From: Dicyema japonicum
Lineage: Eukaryota; Animalia; Dicyemida
Assembly: GCA_011109175.1 (NCBI GenBank)
Contig: RDEW01000002.1
Location: 1,306,676 to 1,370,675 of the forward strand
Length of the DNA stretch: 64,000 nt
Reading direction: 5' to 3'
Shown here: one piece after another, positions 17,066-31,022 of the stretch
Numbering within the stretch: the stretch's first letter is position 1
Layout: each line of letters opens with the position of its first letter
Notes under the pieces: model-generated
Databases searched by the model: none
What the model was told of the DNA's origin: nothing
The model's input: the letters and a program-made list of their open reading frames with translations, nothing else
Translations under genes and position numbers: made by a program

Positions 17066-17104
17066 AATATAAGATTTATTATTAATTATACTTGTTAGTA
17101 ATTT

Positions 17105-20100
17105 AAAAAAAACATGCAACGTGCTTTCGATTCGGAGGCGTTAAAACTCTCTCGAGTTGGCAAAAATGTTGAAAGGAAAAAAGGAGAAGGGTCACTTCTA
17201 TCTCGAATGCCCTGGAATGGTTGGCCATACTTGGCGGAGCTCAGCAGTGGCAGATTCAGTACTGCTATATCTGTGAGTGAACTCAAGAAGATGGCTGTAG
17301 GCAAAGAGGGTACTGGTCTAAAGGGACGGGGACCAGGTGACCACAACTTTCAAAGAGAGCACGAGCACCAGAGCTGTGATACGTTACAGCTCAAGCATGT
17401 TTATGAGGTCTTGGAGCGGAATCTCGCTGCAGCGGCAGATGTCCCACTTGAGGACCGTAGATTTACCTGCAAGATTCCTCATTGTAAGGTATACGGTGTA
17501 TTGCTAACCTGCATCAATAAGGCTGTGACTTATGCGGTGGAAGCTAACCCAGTAGGGTCATTGGGTGACATCTCCCTAGTGCTATATGCAGCACAGATCA
17601 CCTATGAGGAATTGACGGACAAGCTCAGACCACCCAGTAAATGGAGGGAGCAGATCTGTGCCAAGATTGCTTGGAGACAGACTGAGCTGGAAGCACTGGA
17701 GGGGCACATAAGTAGTGTGGCGAGAGGGGTTAGAGGAAAAGCACCGGCTATAGTAAAGGGGCTAATTAGTAAACTCCATGTTCCCAAATGGGACCTCAAA
17801 GAGTTGAGGAGGGCAAAGGTGGAGTTAGAGGGGGCAATAATGGTGTATAAGAGGAAACTCTATACACATGAAAGTCGGTGTAAGAGAATGAGAGAAAATA
17901 ATCAGTTTGAGTTTAATCGCACATTGTTTTACCGTCGCCTTCACGAAAATGGCCATAGTGTATGTTCCCAGCAGGACGCGGAAATGCTTTCCACATGGGG
18001 TAGTATGTGGGAGGCTAAACCACGCAGAGAAAATGCGTGGAATGTCCCGTACAGCGCCGCTCCTTTCTTTAGCGGAATCTTGCGGAATTTTCGATTTCGC
18101 AAGAAATTTGAGGCTATAGTGAGACATCTCCCTGATTGGGTCGATAAAGTTTATAATTTCTTTATCAAAAGATGCACTTTATTACACGAGTCTATGTGTC
18201 GTGTATTACAGAAAAGCATCACTAACCCGGAAACGATTCCTGATTGGGCATGCACATGGACAACTTATTTGATCCCAAAGCTGGACAACCCCCAGTCTCT
18301 GCAGATTATCGACCGATTACCTGCATGCCAACCCTGTATAAACTGATGACCAAATTGGTGGCTAATGAGGTCAGGAGCTTTGTAGAAGCAAATGGGATTT
18401 CCTCCGAGAATCAGTTGGGTACTGTGCGAAATTGTCAGGGGGCAAAAGAGCAGGCTTTGATCAACAAATGCCTTTCTGTGTCTCACGGAAACTCACTTTT
18501 GTCTATGTGGGTGGATGTGAAGAAGGCTTACGATTCAGTTGATCATTCTTACCTTGTCGAGTGCTTACACAGTCTGTGTATGCCTGTGTGGTTCATCAGC
18601 TTTGTAGTGGCTATGATGAATAGGTGGAGTATTCATCTGAACTATAATAGGCACCGGATAGGCGAGGTAAAACTCAAGAGGGGGATCCTTCAGGGGGATA
18701 GCATATCTCCGCTACTCTTTGTTCTCTGTTTGGAGCCATTGAGTCGCCGCCTCAATGACCGGTTTGAGCAAGTACCAGTTCATTGTGAAGGGGTTTGTTT
18801 CAGTATAAATCACTTTTTTTTATCGATGACCTGAAGATGTATGATCGAACAGCCGAGGAGCTCTACTCCATGGGGGTCTGTGCCAGGGAATTCTTTGAGA
18901 GTATAGGATTAGATTTGAATTATTCAAAGTCTGCGACTAACACGCAAGTATGTAGCGAGTTAGTAAGAGTCCTAGAGGAACACGAAGGATATAAGTATCT
19001 GAGTGTTACCGAATCTCCAAAGTCCCTTATAATGTCTGAGACAAAGCGACAAATTACTGAAGGCATCCGTAAAAGAGCAGCGTTATTGTGTAAGACGTCT
19101 CTAAATGGAAAGAATTTGTTCCTAGCATTAAATGAGTATGCTGTCTCGCTGCTAAACTACTACATAGGTGTTGTGGAGTTTAGCCCAAAGAGTATGATGA
19201 GATGGATGTTATGGTCCGTGGAGTACTCAGAGAGAACCATGTCCATGTGCTGGCAGTCAATAAGGAGAGACTATATATTTACCCCGTGATAAATTCGGCC
19301 ATGGACTGTGTGGAGTAGTCCAACTAAGTGAGCGTATTCTAATGCGAATGCACGACACTCTGATTGCTGGGTCAAGTGTGTCTGCTAGGAAGCACGCCAT
19401 AATAACGACCGAGAAAACACGGGCAACCCACCTAGGCACTATCAGACCTTTTTTGTCTGCTAAGTATGGAGTTGATGATGGTGGGCTAGTGTGAAGGCGT
19501 TGATCGAATTACAATATAATAATTTGATGGAAAAGATCAACTTAAAAAAACCTTCATAAGGTCCTCTTCAGAGCATTGGACAACCCACATGTCGACCTTA
19601 AGTCGTCGACAATATGGCTAAAATACGGTGACAACTCACCTCGATCGGAGGCGCTGTACACGTATATGCAAGATCGCCAAGATCGCAATATTTTTTGGGG
19701 TCGATCAACAAATACATGTCCCCACTGTAAGTCACGGAGCATGTCGGTTGATCATTTAGCCACTCGATGTGGATCCATGCTCGGCCACGACTATGTGTGG
19801 AGGTATAACGAGGTAGTAAGGAGTCTTCATCTTCTACTATGCAATAAGTATGGTATTCGCCACACCAGAAAGTTGCGGACTCATAAGGTGCAATCTGTAG
19901 TAGAAAACACCAGGGTCCAAATTAAGGTAGACAGTGTTATCCGTACCTCGGTAATAGTCAAGCACAATAAACCGGACATTGTGGTACACGATAAGGAGTC
20001 TGGCCAAGTCCTTATCATAGAAGTTGGCATCACGTCTCAAGATCGTTTGCAGACTGTGGAGGTGGAGGAAAAAAAGGAAGTATGACTTGCTTGCAAACGA

Positions 20101-20450
20101 AATGGGGCAGATGCTTAATTGCATGGTTATCGTTATATCTATAATAATGACGTGGGAAAAAATTGCAACAAAGTACCACAAGGGTTATCTGAAGCAGTTG
20201 GGGGGTAGATAGGAAGCTCCAGGCTTATCTACAGTCCACTGTGTTAAAACGGACCCTAGAGAGCCTGACACTGGAGTATAGCAGGCAGAGCCTGGAGATG
20301 CCATATGGGCAAAGGGTTCAATTGGACAAGGCGCTCTCGGAGTTGTTTCAGCAACTAGAATCGAACCTGCCTTAGGAGGCTGGCGAACAGGCAGGAAAGG
20401 AAGGTTGTTGATTGTATTAAATGTATTAACTTTTTTATTGTTTGTTAAAT
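17105..20450 (+). mobile_element. Near full-length R4/Dong-like non-LTR retrotransposon (single ORF: RT + CCHC + RLE), frameshifted
   Basis: YRPITCMPTLYK, WVDVKKAYDSV, RGILQGDSISPLLF, FIDDLK, YKYL, CPHC..DHLATRC..RYNEV, NKPDIVV..IIEVG across ORFs 17114-20212. There is a 3' hairpin cctgcct/aggcagg near 20370-20395. Confidence 0.9.
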
Positions 20451-20534
20451 AAAGTGGGATTATAAAAAGTTAGTAATTATAATTAATAATGTTAAATGTT
20501 GCCACCATTACATTTTTGTGATATAATGGATGAT

Positions 20535-21149
20535 TTAATATTCCATTTGCAAATTTTGAATAAATTGGTAAATAATTATTTCTTGCATATAATCTCCAAT
20601 TATTTGTTGTTTATTAAATTTTCTATCAAAATTGTAATTATTATTTAATTTATTAATTCTCCAATTAATATTTCCCTTTATTGTATTATATTTGAGAATA
20701 TCTAATTTATAATTGAGATTCCGTCTTAGTTTATAATTTTCTATTAATTTGTTATTCTTCCAAGATTGTAATATTTTTCTAATATTAAAAATCGCATTAT
20801 CATTATAAGAATTATCAATTTGAGTTTTATATGATTTATTATTTGGGTGAATTGTTGTTTTATCAATATATTCTAATTTATCTTTATTAGCTTCACAAAA
20901 CTGTAATTCTTCAGTATTATGTAAATCTTGTTCATTCTTGAGTTGTATTTTCATTAATTGTTTAATGGATTTGCAATCATTGTCAGTATTTAATTCCAAG
21001 TCATTTAATATTTCAATTTCATTACTAAATAATTCAATTTCATTAGAATTTTTCATTTCCAATTCGCATAAATTATTAATCACAACTTCAATGCATTCAT
21101 CATTACTATTTTCACACATAATACCCAATTCCATATTCGATTCATTCAT
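20535..21149 (-). CDS. Intronless N/E/I-rich hypothetical ORF, 204 aa, no recognised domain
   Basis: An uninterrupted ATG-started ORF in very AT-rich sequence. Could be TE-derived. Confidence 0.3.
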   Translation of the reverse strand: MNESNMELGIMCENSNDECIEVVINNLCELEMKNSNEIELFSNEIEILNDLELNTDNDCKSIKQLMKIQLKNEQDLHNTEELQFCEANKDKLEYIDKTTIHPNNKSYKTQIDNSYNDNAIFNIRKILQSWKNNKLIENYKLRRNLNYKLDILKYNTIKGNINWRINKLNNNYNFDRKFNKQQIIGDYMQEIIIYQFIQNLQMEY

Positions 21150-21449
21150 TGGTTTATTAATGCGTAAATAAATTATATATTATTGACATATCTACGATCA
21201 TTACAATTTAATCAATCGTAATACATTAATCTTTGGAGATAATTATTGTTTCATATTTAAGTCGATGTTTTGTGGTGGATATAAAGCTTCATGAAGAAAT
21301 CGTTTATAAGAGAGCCATTGGCTTGTTAAAGTTAGGGATTGAACCATGATGCAAGAGTACAACTCTATAGTTATGAAATAAAAGTTGTAGACTTCTAAAT
21401 GTTCTTTTATTTTTTATATTTATATTCTAAAAATTTTTTTGAAACAACA

Positions 21450-21740
21450 AGTTCTTTCTCGAACTCGATGATACTCAGCTCGGCGCAATATACTGGATCA
21501 GCATCCGATCTGGCCAAGAAAATTAAGATTAAAAAATATGGCGAAATTGGAGACCGCTTTCGTTTTGTACCGGTAGCAATCGAAACATCTGGTGCTGCGG
21601 GAAGTATCACAGCCTTTTTCCTTAAGGAAATCGCGGGAAATTGGCCCCGTAAGAAAGACGTGCGGGAAGCGGTCTGGATTTGTGAGGAAATGCTCAATCA
21701 TCCATCCCTCTTCTCGACTGTCCCTATTTATTGTTAATTT
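21450..21740 (+). mobile_element. CRE-like RLE 3' fragment
   Basis: KIKKYGEIGDRFRFVPVAIETSGAAG. Confidence 0.75.
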
Positions 21741-21814
21741 AAATTTGATTAAAAATAAATGTGGACATAACCATTTAATATTAGTAAATTACTAAATAAC
21801 AAATTCAAGAATCA

Positions 21815-24800
21815 TCACTTTGACGAACTTTGGCAACGTTTCATGTCCACTGATTGTTTTCGTCTTATTTCTCTTTCCAGTTCTTTTTGAGGACACAAAC
21901 CTTTAATGTTGGTTAAACATATATACTTGCTCTTGAAGAGTGGATACTCTCTGTTTGTAGACACGATCTCTTGTGTCCAATAGTTTTTCAGCCTTTGATT
22001 GAGCACTCAATAATTTATTTAGTTCATTTTGAGTTTGTCTGTTGTGTCCTTCCACAAATTGAGCCATTCTAAATATATAATTATTAATGCCTTTCAGATT
22101 GTTGGGCTTCTATTTGTTCCAATTGTTGTTGTAAATTACTAATTTGTTTGTGCAAATGAGTATTCTCTTGTTGTAATTTCTCCAAATATTTTGATTCTTC
22201 ATTCATTCTTTTTAAAGATTCCTCAGTCGATCTCTTTTCTCTTCCAATCTATTAGATAAAATAACTTAAGACCAAATCGCAATTATGTCTTAAAGATGAC
22301 ATTTCCTTTCTAATATTATTGTTTGTGACTTGGAGCTGTCGATTTTGTTCTTCTGCCGCATTCAGTGCTTGTTGGAGTGCCTTCACTTTATCGGATAAAT
22401 CATTCTTAGTTTTTTCTATTTTATAAAGTGTTGACTTTATTTCATTTTCATAGGAGTCTTGAGACATTATTGTTCTATTAAAGTTCTCCAACTGATTCTC
22501 CAATTCTGTAATTTTTGATTCACTATTGTTAAGACTTTGTGATTTTGAATTAATATTTGTCATTAATCTGGCATTCTCTCTTTTAGATTCTGCCAAAAGA
22601 GACCTTATTATTGCCAATTTATTACTTTGTATTATCTAATTTATGTTGAATTGTCTGTCTTGTTTTCTCTGTCTCAATTAATGTTTTCTGTAAATTAGAA
22701 AGTCTGTCTTGCATGCATTTAAGCTTAATTTCACATTCACTATTTGATGACGTTAGTTTGGCTGTCTTTTAGTAAATATTTATTAATTACTCTCTCCTTA
22801 TACAGACTATTCTCATCTTCTAATTTTGAGATACTCACACTCATGCAATCTACTGTTGTTTGCAAATCATTATTCTTTACTTCCAATCTATCAACCCCTC
22901 TTTTTTGATGTTCCAAACATTTTCGTAATTCCTATAACTTTATATTAATTATACTATTATTTCATTTTCCTTATCACTAATACATTCTTTACTACGTCGA
23001 ATACTATCTTGTGCTTTTCTTAGAGTTTCATTGAGGTGATTACTATTAGCTAATGACGATTCCATATTTTGATGAAGGTTTTGGTTTTCTATTGTTGCAT
23101 TGCATTCTCTATCCTGCGCAAAATTAAGTTTTTCCTATCAATTATTTACTTGACTTGCCGATAGTATTTTCTTATCATAATTTAATTGTTTTATAATTGA
23201 CTGTTGCTCAGACACCTGACTTTTGTATTTATTTATTCGTTTTTCGTTTAATCTTTCTGATTCTTCTTGTTTTGAAAGGACGAGTTGAGTTTCTTCCAGT
23301 ATGCCTTCCATTCTACTTTTTTCTAATATAATTATATTTATTTACCTTTGTAAATATCAGATAGTGTTGTCTGTAATTTAATCAAACGGGATTCTATGTT
23401 TATTCTTTGTTCTTCAGTTTCTTTTAAAGATGACTTTGCATATTTTGCCTGTTCTTTATATTCCATCTAAAATAATATTAATTAATACTCTTTCTTTTTC
23501 TGTTTTTATTAACTTTTGTGAGGCATTTCTAATTATTGAACTAATTTGATTTGATTCTTTTAATATTATAGTAATGCTACTCTGAGAACATCCAAAACAA
23601 AGTCTAATTTCAGTACAAATATTATTAATTTCATTCTCCAATTCACTCTTTATTTCATTAATTCTAAGTAATTGTCCTTCCAATAATTCTATTCTTCCAT
23701 CATTTGTTACAATTATTGTCTTTAAATTATTAATCTTTTTATTAATATTATTACTTCTTCATTGGCACTCTATATTACGTCATTCAGTACTTTCTTTTCT
23801 TTTTTTAATCTATTTTCCACCAAAGAAAAGTTATCAACTATTCTTTCAAATTCTAACTCTTTTTGCTTCACTAATTCATTCACATCATTTAATCTTTTCT
23901 CAAGAGATTCTATTTTTACGTTAAATGATTTGTTTTCACGTTCAATATCCACCATCTTCAGTCATTAACAATAATTCACCTTATTATCTTTTTCATAAAT
24001 ATCATTTTTGAATTTATTTATTTGTTCTCGACTATTCGACAATTCACAATTTAATTCACAGATTTCTTGTCCTGTTCTAATTCTCTCAGAGTTCATTTCT
24101 TTTTCAACCAAATCACATTCATTCCTAATGTCATCTCTCTCTTCTTGTACTCTTCTTAGTGTCTCATTTAATTCTTGAGTCTGTCTTTGAGAACTTGTCC
24201 ACTTGTCATCCAAGTCTTAATAAATTCATAATAAAACTTAATATTATCGACTGTGCCTCTTTTAATTGACGAGTCATTTCTGAAAGTTGTGATTCCATTC
24301 CACGTATATTATCTCTTAATTCTTTAGTTAGTGTAATAGCCTTCTCATTTTCTTTAGTTTTATCATCAATGCAAACTAAATTATAAAATATTATTACTTT
24401 TTAATTCAGAATTATCTTTAATTATAGCATCTGTTTCACCTTCTATTTTAATAATTTTCTCTTCCATCAAATCAATCTGTGATTTTAAATTATAATTAAT
24501 TAGTTCTAGTTGCTCAATCTGGGAATTCTTTTTGTTTATTTCATTTGCAGATTCAGTAATGCTTTCCTTTAATGATTTTTGTGATTCCTCAGCATCACAT
24601 CTATCAATTAAATACTTTTAATACTTGCACTTTTCAATCATAGTCTCAGATTGTCTCAGACTCGTTTCCAATTCTTTAATCTTTTCTTCACTGTACTTTT
24701 GTCTATTCCCTGAATCTCGTTTTGTACGATTCAAGTCATCGTTGATTTGTTCTATTTCTTCATTTAAATATGATATTTTCTCTTGTAGTGAATTTATTTC

Positions 24801-27773
24801 ACGGTTTAGATTTATTTTAGTCTTAAATATAATTGTAATAAACTTGTTGATTTTCATCCTCCAAACATCTCTTTATTCGTTCACATTCAAGATTACTTGA
24901 TTGTAACTCGGTTTTGAGTTGATCTACCATTTTGTTACTAGATTGGGTTTGTTGACTAAATTCTTTTGATTTATATTGTAATTCATTTATTCTCTCTTGT
25001 AAATTATTTTTTAAATTTTCCTTTATTTAGAAAATAATCAAACTTGGTCATTAATAAACTGTTCTTCATATTGTTCTCGTTTCTGTTTTTCTTCTTGAAT
25101 AACCATATTGAGTTTGGTTTCATTATCTTTGGAAATTTGTTTATATTCCTCCAAGCATTTTCTGCTGTTTTCAATAACCAATTCCTTCTCCTCCTTAGTC
25201 TTATCCAACTCACCTATAAATATTATAAAAATATAAACATGATAATTTTTCCTTCCTTGCTATTAATTCTTTATTTTCTCTTTCCAATTGTTCTTTCTTT
25301 GATTCCATATACGAGTATTGTTGTTGAAGTTCATAAATAGTCCCTTCCATTACAGCTTTCTCTCCTTTAATATCATTAAAAGACTATTTATTACAATCAT
25401 TTATTACTTCATTTAATGATTCTCTTTCCTTTTCATTTGACTTGAGTTCTTCAGATATAATTCCATTCCTCTTTGTTAACTCTTCCTTATCTTTCCTTAG
25501 TTTTTCTGCATAATCATGTTGTTTGCTTAATTCCTTTTTGATAGTATTTAGTTCATCACTGACACAAGTATTTTGTTTAGTTTCAATTCTCAATTGATCT
25601 AACAATTCTTCTCTTTCCTCAACAAAATCAATGATATCTCTTTCTAACCGATCTTTAACCTCCAAAATATGACTCAAATGTCCTTTGCACACTAAAATAT
25701 CATAAAATATAACTATCAAAGTCATCCTTAATTAAATCATGTTCTTTATTCATAAATTCAATTTTGTTATGAAAATCAATATTTTCATTTTGATATAATG
25801 AATTTTCATTAATTAATTTTGTTTTATCTTGTTCAATCTAAAATAAATATTAGCAAACTTGTCTTATGTATTCATTACATTTGTTTATATCAAAATTAAG
25901 TTTTTCTATTACTTGGTTATATTCACTGCTATTATTTTCCATTTTTGACATTTCTATTTTAATCTTACGTAAATCACATTCCAATTTAAACTTAACCTCT
26001 TCACTCTTTTCGAGACAAGATGATAAATTACTCTAAAGTAACAGTAAGTAATACATTTTTATCCATAACCAATCAAAGTTCTAATCTTAATTTATTTAAT
26101 GGATTCTTTAAGAGTTAATAATTCTTCTCTCAGAGTGCTATTCTTTGTTTCTAATTTGTCTATCTTTTATGACCTAATTTAATATACATACTACCATCGA
26201 TCATTCTCATTGGTTTGTCTGTTAATTTGTCGAACTGACTCGTTCAATTCACTTTCCAAGTAATTATGTTTTTTCTCCAAATCACAATTTACTTGTTGGA
26301 AATGTGCAACCTCAGATGTGAGACTGTCAATTCTTTCATTCATATTCTTTTTCATAGTCTCAAGTTGAACACATTGACTGTCTCTCTTATTTAGTTGGTC
26401 TTTTGTTTTACTCTCATCATTACAGAAACAATCTCGTTCTCTTTTTCTATTAATATTATTACAACATTACAATGTATCCACTTGTGTTTGCAGTTCTGTC
26501 ACTTTCCTTTCTAATCCTCTTTCATTATTTACTGATTTGTTCAATTTGTTTGATAAAACCTCCTTTTGTTCATTAACACTATTTAATTTACTATTTACAT
26601 CATCAATCTAATCATTATATTCACTTACAACCTCATTTCTATATTTATCAATCAAACCAACAATCCCTAAATCATCATTCCCTTCAAAAACAATCATTTC
26701 ATTCATCTATTATTTTATTTATATATTTACATATAATTTTCTAATCCATATACTTAATTTTTCTACATTTTCTCTTTCCATTCGTATACTTTCTTCTTTC
26801 TTTGAATATTCACTTTCAATTCTCTCTAATTTATTCTTCAGACTTTGTACTTCCAAATCTTTCAGACTAATATCAGTAGATAGGGAATTATTAGTCCTCA
26901 TTAAACAAGAATATCTTCACTTTAATATATTAAACACACTTATTCTCATTTGAATCTAATTCTCCTTCTAATTCATGCACTTTACTTGTCAATCTATCAA
27001 CTTGATTGCACATCTCTTTCTGAAAATATTAAACAATCTAAACTCGCTCTTTGTTGTTCAAATTTATTTTAAGACATTCACAAAATCGTGACATATTAGC
27101 AACAGCTTTTTTAACTTGTGTTTTCCCTTCATTAACTTGTCTTTCAGTGCTATTCTTTATATGGAATAGTTCTGTCTTTAAATCAGAAATTGATTTCCAT
27201 GTGTTCACTAAATGTGCCCTCTCTTCTATAAAATAATCATTCATAGACTAAAATAATTATAAATTTTACTATATTTTTGTCTTTCCACTCTTTCTCCTTA
27301 GCATTTAGGGTTTCTTCTAATCTACGCACTTGACATTTAGCATCATTTAATTCATTCTCTATTCGTTTGTTTGATGATTCTGAATCATTTAGTTCAGTTT
27401 TTAATTTTTCGATTCTATCATCTCTAATATATTTCAAATCATCACAAGTAGCCTCTTGTAACTGCTATAATTAATAATACTACTTCATATCTACAACTCT
27501 CTTGTTGCATATTAAATAGTTTATCCTCCAAATCATTACATTTTTGTTTGTATTGAATAACCTTTTCTTGTAATCTTTGAACTAATTCTCTTTGTTGCAT
27601 TTGTCTTTCACTGCTTAAATTTTGACTTGCCATCTAAAAACAAATCAGCCATAATTTGTGTTTAATTTGTAACTAAGATATACAATTCTCATATATTCTT
27701 GTTCACTTCTCATATCATTTATTGTTCTTTCCAATCTTATTATCTTACTTCCGATATTATTATACTCGGACAT
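21815..27773 (-). CDS. CROCC: Rootletin (ciliary rootlet coiled-coil protein)
   Basis: Multi-exon long coiled coil. N-terminal QQRELVQRLQEKVIQYKQKCNDLE and NDYFIEERAHLVNTWK; C-terminal LDTRDRVYKQRVSTLQEQV..ELEREIRRK resembles the rootletin C-terminus. About 20-26 nt introns throughout. One probable homopolymer error near 21890. Confidence 0.85.
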
Positions 27774-28019
27774 TTATTTTCAAGTCGATATTAACGCTTA
27801 TATTGACACTCCTTGTTGTCTGGCAACACTTTTACCGTTCGTTTCGGTTTGTCACTAAGCAAATATAATTTTTATATTTAATTTTTGCATTGATCATAAA
27901 TTCATATATTTACTGGAAAGATTAAATAAATCAGACTTTCATATCTTAATGACAAAAACAATGATATATTCGTGATCTGTCAATAAATTTTATAAATTAT
28001 CATGCAATACAGTTACTAC

Positions 28020-28560
28020 TTATTGAGATAATTAAATCCCCATTAGGTGATCCATCTTTCAATAGTCTCATTCCTGGATCCGTGTTAAAGGATGTCGGTG
28101 ATAAATCGTACGCCTCTTTTCATAACTAAGACCTCAAAGTGGGTTTGTCTTATCACAGAACCAAAAAGGATTTTGTAGTTTTGTTTGGTAGTTTGTGATC
28201 TTCTTTGATTTTGGTTTACCTGGTTTATTCCCCATGTGGCCGTAGCTAATGGATTGAGTGTATAAAGAACTTAGCGTCTAACTGAATGATATTTAGTATC
28301 CAAGGAGTTTTTTTAGTTGGAGATTGTTTGCATGTAATCGATAGTGACTCCAAATATTTTTACATTGTTCGTACATGACATTTGTTTTTTTTATTTAAGA
28401 ACCATGAATGAGTCACCTGTTAGGTGTAAATATTATTGCGCATAACTTATTGATTATGGTCAATAAGTTGGTCTCTAACCATCTGGTCCATCAGATCTTG
28501 CCTAGTATTGAATAATAACCAAACTATTACTCCCTGTCAAAAATAATGTTTAGAGACAGA
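28020..28560 (-). mobile_element. Highly degenerate RT remnant (possibly R4-like)
   Basis: Only traces are visible, such as KEAYDLSP. Confidence 0.3.
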
Positions 28561-28584
28561 ATGTTTTACTATGCATATTAAACT

Positions 28585-28870
28585 ATTCCAAAGACCAAGG
28601 GTAAAGTCAAACTAACTAATTCCATAATCCTGACGCGTTTCAGGAGAACCCTCACCCAAGCCCAGTGATCTAGAGAGTGTTATCCGGAGAGCTGAAGAGC
28701 TCCGGAACTTGCCGCCAGGGAGCGAAATTATCTCCCTGTGGAATGAATAAATGTATCCTTTTGAGTACCGACTTGTCATTTTCCTGAGTATCCAATGAAA
28801 CTAGTAAGGGGAGGAATAAAAATTTTTTAATAAAGTAGCCACATGGCACCATATACACACTACATGTCTA
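28585..28870 (-). mobile_element. LINE 3' tail fragment
   Basis: Similar to 2170-2300. Carries the terminal stem motif. Confidence 0.6.
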
Positions 28871-29570
28871 GTAAGCAGTATATTTCTATAATATTTCACA
28901 GTTCTACTGATATTTTATAAATATTTTTAGATTATATTCCTTTTTTAGATTTCGAGGATTTCTGATCACACCAAATTAGTTTTTCAATCAATTAAAGAAA
29001 TGTTAAAGGTTTAGAATATGAAAATTTATCACTTAAGTTTGAAACTTTACCTATTACCATAAATGAATAGGAGAATAAGTGTTCATGATTTAAAGTATGA
29101 CTTTGAAGAAGGATAAATGTAAACTATAAAAAAAGTTTGGGTTATGAAAGATTATGGAATCATCCATCCTTAACAAAATTTGAAGAATTCTATGGTATTA
29201 TTTAGGACTTTCACGAGAAGCATAATATATATATCTCCACATGTGCAGCAAAAGAAACAAGCTTTGATGTCAATCTCTTCCACGCACCTCTATTGTTAGC
29301 TAGAACAATCAATGAATCTTATTATTAAAAAGTACTCCTGAGAAAACATAAATTAATTAAGTTTTCCTTGTGCCGTATTCATAATCATCCTCAGCCTCGA
29401 CCATGATTCTCTGTTCCGCGCTATTTCTCTTAGAATGAATCTTATGATAGTGAATTGAAAATTATAATAAAAAAAGTTATCCAATGATATTGCTGAAGTT
29501 AAAAATGCTGATGGAACAAACGAGAATGCACGTTAAGAGACTAAAAATTTAATAAAAAATGCATAAATAA

Positions 29571-30462
29571 TTAATAAACACAGCCATCCATCCAAAGAGG
29601 ACCCGCCGACATTATCGACGTTGCGTTGCCTCTCACAATTGCAACAGAGATCAACTGGAAAAGCCACCGGGTCTCGCGTGCGTCGTGGCTTTTTAGTGTA
29701 GCTAGGTGTCCAAGTTTCTTTAGGAAGCGAAGCGATTTTCCACTTATTCCTTCAGTTGTCTCGACCACAATCGGATAGATCAGTCGCGTAGCGCTTCGTA
29801 TTTCTTCTCCTTTGCCCTCATCGTTTTTTTCCGCGGCATGCAGTGTGTCTACCGCGCTCCGACAATGTTGGACGGGCAAAGTGGGTCGACACAAGTAGCG
29901 TTCCAGACCAAAGGTTTCCCATATTCGAATGAAAAAATTGTGATCCCGTCGGGACGTTTTCCGTCTCCTCTGTCCAGGCCAACAGGTTCAAGTATGGCTG
30001 GGTATCCGCAGACTCCAGGGCTCACTTGACAATTCCGTTGATCGCCTTGTGTCTTGCCAATCGTCCTGCGCTTCTTCGACACGAGATGGCATGGTGTCCA
30101 TAACAATTCGACGGTGGCGCCAAATCGGCATTTGTGAGTCCGGCAGATTTCCAGTCCAAGTCTGGTGGAGATGCCGATGCGGACAGTATCGTCGTCAAGG
30201 TGGGTCTCGACACTACCAACAGGGAGTGCATTGATCCAAGCGCCACTCCATTGCATCTCTTCAGTGACTAGACAGGCACTGTGTTAGTTTGATTGGTTCA
30301 GAAGCCTCTCATATTTATCCTCACAGATGGTCCGGTAACGATCTTTCTGTTCAGGCTTCATCCCTTTCAAATGCTCCATCTCTGTGATTTCAGATGATTC
30401 TGTTTGGAGTTGGAGAATCATCCTGACCAGCAGTCGGCTGGAGCCCAAAGAGGATAGATAAG
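29571..30462 (-). mobile_element. CRE-like retrotransposon 3' part
   Basis: SGAWINALP..LGLEICRTHKCR, EPVGLDRGDGKRPDGIT..WNATCVD, VVETT..AIVRGNA. Confidence 0.88.
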
Positions 30463-31022
30463 CAGGGCTATTTTAAAAGTGTCAATATTATACAACAAAT
30501 TGATTTTCTCGTCCCATCTGCTGACAATATGTTGATAAAGTCATTAAGGCGTTTGTCGTATCCGATATTCCCATGCATAAGCTAACAGTGAAAGTTTACG
30601 AGACTTGTTTCAGAGTATTGGACATAATCTTCCTTTTACTTACGCTTGCCAAAAAATGTAGAACAGCTATGCCAGAAACAGTTTGACAAAATCGAGCTAT
30701 TTTGAGGTTTTATTTTCATTCATTATAGATCTGAAAAAATTTTTTGATTTACGAAACTGATACCCGGAGACAGAAATATGTCAATTTTATTGGAAGAATT
30801 TCTGATCTCAAGAAAATTAATTTAATATCTTGTCGTCATTGTCTTCTGCGGCTAACTCTTCGTTTATTGTTCAGATAATTTTGCGATAGATCGTGAAGAC
30901 GCTGTAGAACACATTCATAAATTGCATTTCGGGGACGATTATGTGGAATCAGGAAGTACTGGAATCAAGATTATCTGCCAATCAAGTACTTTCTAAGTGG
31001 AAAAACAACATATTTCTACATA

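Noticed and set aside
23762-25340. Plus-strand ORFs rich in F/S/L/I opposite rootletin, and similar antisense ORFs over kinesin, Ski and the LINEs
   Set aside because: Antisense shadows of E/K-rich coding sequence.
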